This document shows, one piece after another, positions 39,526-46,515 of a stretch of DNA of 48,188 nucleotides. This DNA comes from Candidatus Moranbacteria bacterium RIFCSPHIGHO2_01_FULL_54_31 (lineage in GTDB: Bacteria; Patescibacteriota; Minisyncoccia; Moranbacterales; UBA1568). How positions within the stretch are numbered: position 1 is the stretch's first letter; every line of letters starts with the position of its first letter. The notes under the pieces were generated by a model. That model was not told the DNA's origin. It saw only the letters and a list, made by a program, of their open reading frames with translations, and searched no databases. The position numbers and the translations under genes are program-made. The stretch is taken from NCBI GenBank assembly GCA_001784695.1, contig MFRV01000003.1, positions 1-48,188 on the forward strand, given 5' to 3'.

Positions 39526-39629
39526 GTGTTTGCTTCTCTGCTGACGGTACTGGAAATTGAAAATAATCATACTGGCTTATTGAGAAACTTATCTGCGGGG
39601 CAGGCACCCTTTTATTCATCGGCATGTGC

Positions 39630-39923
39630 TTATTCAAACCTCTTTTCTTGCACAGCAAATTCATAGACTTTCTTGACCGTCTGTGCAATCCGCATCGAGG
39701 TATAGCCTTCCGGGATATCCGACTCTATGACGAATTCGCTTACCTGCTCCGCTTGCAACCCATTCTTTTCCAGGAGCTCCGCGATCGCTTCGAATAACCG
39801 CTGCCCCATATCCCGCTGCTCCGGCCACTCGCGGCTATCGAGCAGCACTCCATCACGCTGCAAAACAAGCGCTGAATGCGCTTTGGTCAATCGCAAGGCA
39901 AATATATATATATTTTCGGCCAT
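39630..39923 (-). CDS. Mini TsaB/YeaZ-like protein (97 aa, N-terminal half of the fold only)
   Basis: ...IYIFALRLTKAHSALVLQRDGVLLDSREWPEQRDMGQRLFEAIAELLEKNGLQAEQVSEFVIESDIPEGYTSMRIAQTVKKVY follows the TsaB N-terminal pattern (ILAIDTS...V.L......L.......H.E.L...I..LL...G....D...I.V..GPGSFTG.RIG....K). However, the GPGSFTG loop is degenerate. Confidence 0.45.
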   Translation of the reverse strand: MAENIYIFALRLTKAHSALVLQRDGVLLDSREWPEQRDMGQRLFEAIAELLEKNGLQAEQVSEFVIESDIPEGYTSMRIAQTVKKVYEFAVQEKRFE

Positions 39924-39924
39924 A

Positions 39925-40695
39925 TCAATTCAGTTCTTTCCAATCGAAATTCCACGGATCCGTCTTGCGGCCGGGTGCGATATCGCTATGGCCCACGACG
40001 GATCTGATAGGATACTTCTTTTTCAGCGACGCGACCAGAGTATTGACCGCTGCATACTGAGCCTTCGTGAACTGCCCGGTTTTCGTGTTCATCATCTCGA
40101 TACCGAGCGAGAACTCATTGGCATTCCGGCGGCCGTCCGGCATTGTGCTCACTCCCGCATGATAGGCGATATTCTTATCTTCCACCAAGCGATAGATAGT
40201 CCCCGCGCGGTCAATCAGATAATGCGCGGAGACGCCGTAGTCCGCGTACTCTTTGACGATGCCGCTCACGGAATAGGGGTCTTTGCCTGCCAGATCATAT
40301 GAGGAGTGGAGCACGATCGTATCGATACCGCGCGCTTTCTGCGGCGCAGAAAATCCTCCGCTCATCAGACGGTTCACAATATGCAACTCAGTTGCGTTTT
40401 TCTCGGTGGCCTGTGTCGTCTCAGGTGCTGGCTGGTCAGGTGGCAAGGCTGCCGCCGGTTCATCCAGAGCCTGCATCACATCCGCCGCACGCTCTTCTAC
40501 TTGAGTTTTCGCGTCCGTTGCCTGGGTTTTGAGCGCTTCGTACTCCGCTATGCCCCCTGCCGATGGCGCCTCTGCATCATTGGTCACGGTGAGCGGCGCG
40601 CTTGAAGTACCGAGAAAGAGATACCCCGTTCCAAGCACCATAACCAGCACAGCGATAGCGAGTCCGATCAGTCCCATACTGCCATTATACCCCAA
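39925..40695 (-). CDS. Membrane-anchored N-acetylmuramoyl-L-alanine amidase (amidase_2/PGRP type)
   Basis: ...IDTIVLHSS...SAHYLIDRAGTIYRLVEDKNIAYHAG...NANEFSLGIEMMN...VVGHSDIAPGRKTDPWNFDW. Confidence 0.88.
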   Translation of the reverse strand: MGYNGSMGLIGLAIAVLVMVLGTGYLFLGTSSAPLTVTNDAEAPSAGGIAEYEALKTQATDAKTQVEERAADVMQALDEPAAALPPDQPAPETTQATEKNATELHIVNRLMSGGFSAPQKARGIDTIVLHSSYDLAGKDPYSVSGIVKEYADYGVSAHYLIDRAGTIYRLVEDKNIAYHAGVSTMPDGRRNANEFSLGIEMMNTKTGQFTKAQYAAVNTLVASLKKKYPIRSVVGHSDIAPGRKTDPWNFDWKELN

Positions 40696-40757
40696 AAGCT
40701 ATTCCGTAAGAATGTGCGCTATACACGCGGCCGCGTGTAAGCGATGGTTTTCATACA

Positions 40758-40796
40758 ACAAACATCCCCGCTTGCAGAGAAGCTGGGGATGTTTGT
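40758..40796 (-). terminator. Long hairpin after the YqjD-like gene (no U-tract)
   Basis: ACAAACATCCCC (40758-40769) pairs with GGGGATGTTTGT (40785-40796). An inner GCTT/AAGC stem extends it. Confidence 0.35.
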
Positions 40797-40813
40797 ATCG
40801 TAATGCTTCAGGG

Positions 40814-41056
40814 CTATTTCTTCTTTTTTCCTCCGACGAGGAGCGCGAGTGCCGCACCGAGCGCTGCGCCGATACCGGCCGAGATGATCGCGGCCTTTTC
40901 CGGATTCTTCCTGACGTAGTCATCGACTGTCTTGAGAGAAGACGCGACATGCTGCTTGACCTTGGCCATCTCTTTCGCGGCCTGCTTGCGGCTCTTCGTG
41001 AGTTCACTCACCACTTCTGCTTTCACTTTCGCGAAAGCGTTTTTCTTGCTTGCCAT
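40814..41056 (-). CDS. YqjD/ElaB-like (DUF883-type) C-tail-anchored protein
   Basis: 80 aa with a charged helical N-terminal part, ...YVRKNPEKAAIISAGIGAALGAALALLVGGKKKK at the C-terminus, and pairing with a YqjE-like gene as in E. coli yqjDE. Confidence 0.55.
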   Translation of the reverse strand: MASKKNAFAKVKAEVVSELTKSRKQAAKEMAKVKQHVASSLKTVDDYVRKNPEKAAIISAGIGAALGAALALLVGGKKKK

Positions 41057-41095
41057 AGCGCTTGGTACTTAATTGATTATGATTATTCGGTTTTT

Positions 41096-41428
41096 TCAAT
41101 AGTCATCGCGAGTGAAGATGTACAGTATGAGAGCAGTGAACAAAATGAATATCCCGACTATCGTCTCGCCGGAACCGGGGAATTGATAGGCTGCGCTCAG
41201 GAGCTCAGCCAATCCGACCAAGAGGAATATGATGCCAAGAAACGCGAAGAGGAGAAGAAATGTGCCCCGCACCAGCCTTCTGGTGAAGGCGCGCGTCGCC
41301 TGGTGAACACTCTCGACCGCCCCATCGACGAAAGACTGGATGCTCTGGAAAATATTATCCAAAAGAAAAGCTGTCCAACTGTTCTGCGGGTCTTTCGTTG
41401 GCGTCTTGGTTGTCTTTTTTTCCTCCAT
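41096..41428 (-). CDS. YqjE-like / holin-superfamily-III-like membrane protein (2 TM)
   Basis: 110 aa with two hydrophobic helices (GTFLLLFAFLGIIFLLVGLAELL and IVGIFILFTALILYIF) in the DUF1469-like arrangement. Confidence 0.5.
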   Translation of the reverse strand: MEEKKTTKTPTKDPQNSWTAFLLDNIFQSIQSFVDGAVESVHQATRAFTRRLVRGTFLLLFAFLGIIFLLVGLAELLSAAYQFPGSGETIVGIFILFTALILYIFTRDDY

Positions 41429-41445
41429 ACTTTTTGGATAACATT

Positions 41446-41474
41446 ATTATACCACACAAGAACCGGTATATAAA
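41446..41474 (-). promoter_or_regulatory. Extended -10 promoter of the holin-like/YqjD-like pair
   Basis: The minus sense reads TTTATA, a 17-nt spacer (its last 3 nt, TGG, form the extended -10), then TATAAT (41451-41446). The -10 lies only 17 nt from the ATG, so the leader is very short. Confidence 0.4.
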
Positions 41475-41505
41475 AAATCACGCGATGGCTCGGCCGCCGC
41501 GTGAT
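41470..41505 (-). terminator. Terminator of the 269-aa hydrolase-like gene
   Basis: The minus sense reads ATCACGCG-(13 nt)-CGCGTGAT followed by TTTTTTAT. Confidence 0.7.
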
Positions 41506-41527
41506 CGAAGTTCCCGCACATACATGC

Positions 41528-42337
41528 CTATTGCGTGACCGCGATACGATGATAATAGACAGAGACATCGGCGATCCACTTCTTGACGCTTGCATCGCTG
41601 TGACCCTTGCAGCTTGAGCCGCACTTCCAGATGATCATATTTTCCGGTTCGCTCGTCTGGCGCAGGACAACCAATTGTTGCAGACGATCCCCCACAACGG
41701 TCACCGCCTCCTCCTTGCTCCCGAAACAGCCATGCCCCATAGCTACGCCGCGGCTCCCCGCTCCCTTGTACCCCCAATAATTGAAACAATCGGCGCCGGA
41801 AGCATCTGTCGGCACGCGCTTGCCCCAATTGCTCTCTTTTTTGGCAATCCCGACGAGCAGCCCGGCAACCCCGCGGTCATACGCTGCGATAGCCGGAGCC
41901 ATCGCCGAAAGCGGATAGCCCTCGGTCAAGTCCTGAATTGTCGCATCAAGCGCACTATCGGAATGAGCGGGTTGCTTCACACTCGATTCCGCTCCTGAGA
42001 CAGCCTGTTCGCAAGGGGTCTCGGGAAGCGCCTCTGTCTGAGAAGTTTCGCCGCCCTTCTCTTGCAAGGCGGCGAAGAATCGGACATCGGCCTGCAAACG
42101 GCACAGTTCTCTAGGGTCGATAGCGCGTTTCTCGGAAGTAACGACGGAAACTCCCTGCGAAGCGGCAGCGTCACGCTCTATTTCCGGGACAACTGGCAAA
42201 ACTCCCGCCACGCTGAAAGAAAGAAAAGCGAAGCCAGCAAGCAGACCTTTTCGTACAGAGAGCACCTGACGATAAAGGGTTTTCAGCTGTAAGAGACTCT
42301 CTCTGAAACCGGTTGTACTGGGAGGAATGTCTTCCAT
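41528..42337 (-). CDS. Membrane-anchored Cys-rich lysozyme-like protein (paralog B, 269 aa)
   Basis: It has an N-terminal TM anchor. The C-terminal domain GYPLSAM...GIAKKESNWGKRVP...DCFNYWGYKG...GCFGSKEEAV...NMIIWKCGSSCKGHSDASVKKWIADV is shared with 42666..43691. The ES.WG motif resembles the GH73 glucosaminidase catalytic motif; this assignment is tentative. Confidence 0.6.
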   Translation of the reverse strand: MEDIPPSTTGFRESLLQLKTLYRQVLSVRKGLLAGFAFLSFSVAGVLPVVPEIERDAAASQGVSVVTSEKRAIDPRELCRLQADVRFFAALQEKGGETSQTEALPETPCEQAVSGAESSVKQPAHSDSALDATIQDLTEGYPLSAMAPAIAAYDRGVAGLLVGIAKKESNWGKRVPTDASGADCFNYWGYKGAGSRGVAMGHGCFGSKEEAVTVVGDRLQQLVVLRQTSEPENMIIWKCGSSCKGHSDASVKKWIADVSVYYHRIAVTQ

Positions 42338-42453
42338 ATGATATTCGATCGGGCGGCACCCTGTCAGGAAGAACTCATCGCTTCTGACAGGCAGCGGCTT
42401 TCTCTAACCAAGCGCTTGAGAGTGGGTAAAAACCATTTAAAAACGTAAGCCTC

Positions 42454-42482
42454 AAGATACCAGATTTCCCGCTTTCCGTCAA
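42454..42482 (-). promoter_or_regulatory. Candidate promoter of paralog B
   Basis: Minus sense: TTGACG (42482-42477), a 17-nt spacer, then TATCTT (42459-42454). Confidence 0.4.
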
Positions 42483-42606
42483 TCCAGCACTAATTTTGCT
42501 TTGTAGTCAGAGGCAATCTTTGCTATTTATGTCTCATCAAATGATGTAAAAGACCGCCAGCCTTCAGCATTCTTTAAAGAAAATTAAGCAACATTAGTGC
42601 TGGATT
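42481..42606. repeat. 14-bp perfect inverted repeat bracketing 98 AT-rich nt
   Basis: AATCCAGCACTAAT (42481-42494) is the reverse complement of ATTAGTGCTGGATT (42593-42606). Confidence 0.6.
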
Positions 42607-42620
42607 ATCCTCAGAAATAC

Positions 42621-42647
42621 GAAAAAATCCCTCAGATAAGGGATTTT
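42621..42647 (-). terminator. Terminator of paralog A
   Basis: The minus sense reads AAATCCCT-TATCTG-AGGGATTT followed by TTTCG. Confidence 0.75.
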
Positions 42648-42665
42648 GTCAGATTTCGTGAGTAC

Positions 42666-43691
42666 CTATTCGTCGCTTAACTGCTTGAAATACATATCGA
42701 CGTCACTGATCCATTTTTTCACGCTTTCACGGCTATGTCCGCTGCAGCTGAAGCCGCATTTCCAGATGATCATTTTCTCCGGGGTATTCAATTTCTCCGA
42801 GCGGATCAGCGTATCCAGGCGCTTGGCGACCGTGTCCACCGCATCTTTGCGGCTATTGAAACACGTGTGCCCGCCGGTGCCCATCATACGCCGCACGCCG
42901 CGATACCCCCAATAATTGAAACAGTCCTGGTCATCGAGCACCGGCACCCGCTTGCCCCAATTGCTCTCTTTCTTGGCGATGCCGATGAGAAATGCCGCCG
43001 TCAGGCGGTCTTGTTCAAAGATGTACGGGAGCATCGCCTCGATCGGATAGCCTCGTACCATCTTCTTGACGTTTTCCTTATACTGCGCATCGGCAGTCTC
43101 ATTGAAATATTCGAAGAAGATGTCAGACCCGCTGTCGTAATCATCCGGTTTGGCATCGGTGCCATCTCCGAGTATCACAACGTCTGTCCCGCCAGCCGCA
43201 AGCTCCGTCGTCTGTACTACCGTCCCTTCAGAACGCGCGAAGACGCCCGGTCCGAAAAAATGCTCCATAAACGCCATAGACACCATGCCGAAAGCGATGC
43301 CGCCCACCAGAGATCCGTAGAGCATCTTGCGCGGAGCGATACTCGGAGCCAAGCGGATGATGATGCGCCTGACACGACGATAATACAGCTCCCCTTTGCG
43401 GAGCAGCCGCCACAACACATCACCGAATGACCATTCGTGCAGCTGCTTCAGAAACGCCTGTTTTTCTCTGTGTGCGCCATCCAAGACCCGTGTTCTGGAA
43501 GGAGCCACGAAACGGCGCTCTGACATCGGGCGAGTATCGCGCGAAACGACCGGGGAGGCGGCAGATTTCCTCGAGACGACGCCATCAAACGCTCCCTGGC
43601 GTTTTTGTCCAGGAGAAGAGAATTGACGCGGATAGGAGAAAGGGGATTTCATTCGGATGTGAGATTTATTTTTGTGTTTCTGCCGCTGCAT
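42666..43691 (-). CDS. Membrane-anchored Cys-rich lysozyme-like protein (paralog A, 341 aa)
   Basis: It has a ~125-aa basic cytoplasmic N-terminus and one TM helix. The C-terminal domain is GYPIEAM...GIAKKESNWGKRVP...DCFNYWGYRG...TCFNSRKDAV...KMIIWKCGFSCSGHSRESVKKWISDV. An alternative start is the ATG at 43652. Confidence 0.6.
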   Translation of the reverse strand: MQRQKHKNKSHIRMKSPFSYPRQFSSPGQKRQGAFDGVVSRKSAASPVVSRDTRPMSERRFVAPSRTRVLDGAHREKQAFLKQLHEWSFGDVLWRLLRKGELYYRRVRRIIIRLAPSIAPRKMLYGSLVGGIAFGMVSMAFMEHFFGPGVFARSEGTVVQTTELAAGGTDVVILGDGTDAKPDDYDSGSDIFFEYFNETADAQYKENVKKMVRGYPIEAMLPYIFEQDRLTAAFLIGIAKKESNWGKRVPVLDDQDCFNYWGYRGVRRMMGTGGHTCFNSRKDAVDTVAKRLDTLIRSEKLNTPEKMIIWKCGFSCSGHSRESVKKWISDVDMYFKQLSDE

Positions 43692-44085
43692 CGCTCTCTA
43701 TACCGCTTTTCGTCTTGAAAAAGCTCATAACATCTGGTTCACCGACCAGACACTTGCCATCGGCGTACACGAATGGCACACCCATCCCTTCCGGCGCGAT
43801 GCCGCACACCTTGGCGCGCTGCGCCATTTCCCAGGCATTATCCTTATCATACCAGACTTCTTTTTTTTCAAACGAAACCTTTTCAGCGATATTATTAGCC
43901 TCGAGGAATTCGTTCACCACCTTGCAATGAGGACAGCCTTCTCCGTAATAATAGACGGTGGCGTTCGGATCATCGTTCGTCTGCGGCGCATCCTGGAGGC
44001 CGAAATATACCAGGCCAGCCACGACAACCAGCGTTCCGATCAAGATAGCGAGCGTCTTTTTCTCCACCATACGGGGTAAGAGCAA
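43666..44085 (-). CDS. Membrane-anchored thioredoxin/glutaredoxin-fold protein (CPHC)
   Basis: An N-terminal TM helix, then ...TVYYYGEGCPHCKVVNEFL...VPFVYADGKCLVG... (CxxC with a cis-Pro-type VP). It overlaps the start of paralog A by 26 nt. Confidence 0.7.
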   Translation of the reverse strand: MLLPRMVEKKTLAILIGTLVVVAGLVYFGLQDAPQTNDDPNATVYYYGEGCPHCKVVNEFLEANNIAEKVSFEKKEVWYDKDNAWEMAQRAKVCGIAPEGMGVPFVYADGKCLVGEPDVMSFFKTKSGIESDAAAETQK

Positions 44086-44091
44086 TACGAA

Positions 44092-44940
44092 TTAGCTGTT
44101 TTGTATTATTTTAGCATAATTCTGCCGCCTGAGCCAGAGGAAAATGACTCCCGCGGCCGCGAACATCGCGAGGGAAAGGATCTGTCCCATACTCAGAACG
44201 CCAAAAAAAAGTCCGAGTTGCGGATCGGGTTCGCGGAAACATTCGGCCACGAAACGGGCAATCGCGTATAGAGCCAGGTACCAAGAGGCAAGATAGCCAT
44301 CCGTTCGTACGAAACGTTTCAAGAAAATCAAGATGATAAACAGCGCTACGCCTTCAACCAGTGCTTCATAGAGAGCGGAGGGGTGTCGCAGCGCCCCCTC
44401 CGGCAGCATCCCTGGGAACAGCATCCCCCACGGCTGCTCCGTCACCCTGCCGGCAAGCTCGACATTGAAAAAATTGCCCAGGCGTCCGAAAAAGACTGCG
44501 ATCGGAGCGAGCAAGGCTACGAAATCAGCCGCCTGCCAAAAAGGAATCCGCCGCTTGCGCGCGAACCACAAGAGCCCGAAAGCAGCGCCGATAAGCCCGC
44601 CGTGATAACTCATACCGGATATGCCTATCCATACCCCGTGCGCGAAATCATACGGGAGCACTATCGCGTACGGCGCCGCGAGAAAAACATCCGGATGATA
44701 GAACAGCACGTACCCGAGGCGTCCCCCGAGCACGGCGCCAAAAAAAAGGACTAGGCATATATCGACGACGGTCTCCCCGGAGTATGCCGTCATACCCCTG
44801 CGGGCGAACCAGAGCGCCAGAACAAGCGTCACGAAGAATCCGAGAAGAAACCATACGGCGTACCAATACACTGAAAAAAATCCGATCGTGAACGCGATCG
44901 GATGCAGCGTCTCCGGAAGATGTTGCCACCACTCCTGCAT
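44092..44940 (-). CDS. lgt: Prolipoprotein diacylglyceryl transferase
   Basis: ...YWYAVWFLLGF...GGRLGYVLFY...GMSYHGGLIG...FFGRLGNFFNVEL.GR... Confidence 0.92.
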   Translation of the reverse strand: MQEWWQHLPETLHPIAFTIGFFSVYWYAVWFLLGFFVTLVLALWFARRGMTAYSGETVVDICLVLFFGAVLGGRLGYVLFYHPDVFLAAPYAIVLPYDFAHGVWIGISGMSYHGGLIGAAFGLLWFARKRRIPFWQAADFVALLAPIAVFFGRLGNFFNVELAGRVTEQPWGMLFPGMLPEGALRHPSALYEALVEGVALFIILIFLKRFVRTDGYLASWYLALYAIARFVAECFREPDPQLGLFFGVLSMGQILSLAMFAAAGVIFLWLRRQNYAKIIQNS

Positions 44941-44949
44941 AGCTTGCCG

Positions 44950-46008
44950 CTATTCGTTGTATTCCTTGAGCTGGTTGCCGAATTCGATGCTGTAGATATC
45001 GCCGAGCGCCATAAACAGCGAGACGATTATCGGTCCGATGATGAAGCCCGGCAGACCGAAGAATGCGATGCCTCCCAGTGTGGCAAAAAATACCATGAGC
45101 GGATGCATCTGCGTGTCTTTGCCGACCAATTTCGGACGCAAGACGTTGTCAACGACGGAGATAATCCCCGCTCCCACCGAAAGGATGAAGATTCCCTGCC
45201 AAATATCGCCGAGCAATATCATCACGATGCCTGCCGGCACCCAGAGGAGCGCCGAACCGACCATCGGGATAATCGAGAGCAGAACCATCACCAGTCCCCA
45301 GATGGCTGGCGACGGGATACCGGCGATCCAGAACGTCACTCCGCCGAGCAGACCCTGCAGCACGCTCACAACAATCGTCCCTTTGAGGGTGGCGCGGCTG
45401 ATAGAGACGAATTTTTTGATCAGAAGCTTGTCATGCTCATCGCGCAACGGGCTGAGCTGCATCAGATACTTGAGCGTCCGCTTGCCATCGATCAGAAAAT
45501 AAAAGAGTGTAAAAAACATCACGAAAATCCAGAACACGAAATGCGTGATCCCCTGATACGCCGCCTGGAGCAGGCCGATGGCATTCTGGCTGAATTGCTT
45601 GACATCATCCAGGATGCGCTCAGAATTCAGGGTCTGCGGATCGAAAAAAACACGGAGATACGGAACATCCCGTACGGATCCAATCGTCTGATTGATGACT
45701 CTTTCCAGGGCCGACTCTTCGGCGAGCGTATGATACAAAGCATTCGCTTCGCCTATCGCCAGGCTGAAAACCAGGATCACCGGCGTGACAAGAATAGCAA
45801 AGACTACCAGACAGGTGAGGAGCGCGCTCGATACCCTATGCCCGCGCGTCCATTTTTCGAAAAAATGATACGTACCTTTGAAAAGAGCCGCGAGGATCGC
45901 CGCCGCCACGATCGCCGTCAGAAACGGCTGAAAGATGAAAAACACGACTACTCCTACCGCGAACAGCAAGAGAAAAAAGAAATACACATTGAATGATCGC
46001 AATTCCAT
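44950..46008 (-). CDS. AI-2E family transporter (PerM/UPF0118)
   Basis: 352 aa and polytopic: ...GIPSPAIWGLVMVLLSIIPMVGSALLWVPAGI...VVDNVLRPKLVGKDTQMHPLMVFFATLGG. Confidence 0.85.
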   Translation of the reverse strand: MELRSFNVYFFFLLLFAVGVVVFFIFQPFLTAIVAAAILAALFKGTYHFFEKWTRGHRVSSALLTCLVVFAILVTPVILVFSLAIGEANALYHTLAEESALERVINQTIGSVRDVPYLRVFFDPQTLNSERILDDVKQFSQNAIGLLQAAYQGITHFVFWIFVMFFTLFYFLIDGKRTLKYLMQLSPLRDEHDKLLIKKFVSISRATLKGTIVVSVLQGLLGGVTFWIAGIPSPAIWGLVMVLLSIIPMVGSALLWVPAGIVMILLGDIWQGIFILSVGAGIISVVDNVLRPKLVGKDTQMHPLMVFFATLGGIAFFGLPGFIIGPIIVSLFMALGDIYSIEFGNQLKEYNE

Positions 46009-46036
46009 AAGCGTAAATCTTGAATAAAAAACAGCG

Positions 46037-46495
46037 CTACTCGACGATCAACGCGCCCGTCATACCGCTATGCCCCTCGCCGCAGAACACGGAACATTTG
46101 AAAGGGAATGTCCCTTTCTTGCTCGCGACAAATTCCACTGTTGTCGTTTCTCCAGCGCTCACTTCCGCGCTCTTCACGCTGAGTTCGGGGATAGCGAAAG
46201 CATGCTTTCCGGAAACGCCCTGCAGGGTGATCTTCACTTGCGTGCCCTCTTTGACGCGGATCTCATTCGGCTCGAACTGCCAATTGCTCGCTTTCACGGT
46301 GATGTCTTTCGTAATCGCACTCTCGCTGGGCGTGCTTGATGGAGACGGCGTGGTAGGAGCCGGTTTCTCTGCCGCCGTCGGCGAAGTGTTCGGCACATCG
46401 GCAGGCGCCTCCGCTGTCTGCTTGTCATTGCCGAAAAATAAGAACAGACCGCCAGCCACCACGATAACCGCCAGCAAACCGAAAATCCTTCCCAT
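46037..46495 (-). CDS. Membrane-anchored cupredoxin-domain protein with CuA-type ligand spacing
   Basis: TM anchor, a Pro/Thr/Ser linker, then ...GVSGKHAFAIPEL...FKCSVFCGEGHSGMTG. The ligand spacing is H...C-x3-C-x3-H-x2-M, as in cytochrome oxidase subunit II CuA sites. Confidence 0.75.
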   Translation of the reverse strand: MGRIFGLLAVIVVAGGLFLFFGNDKQTAEAPADVPNTSPTAAEKPAPTTPSPSSTPSESAITKDITVKASNWQFEPNEIRVKEGTQVKITLQGVSGKHAFAIPELSVKSAEVSAGETTTVEFVASKKGTFPFKCSVFCGEGHSGMTGALIVE

Positions 46496-46515
46496 AAGAT
46501 TGTTTCGTTACTCTG

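Noticed and set aside
39473-39688. A 71-aa minus-strand ORF in the tsaB-like/rpoB spacer.
   Set aside because: It overlaps the 3' end of the tsaB-like gene in another frame, spans two predicted promoters and a hairpin, has no SD, and has no recognisable sequence features.
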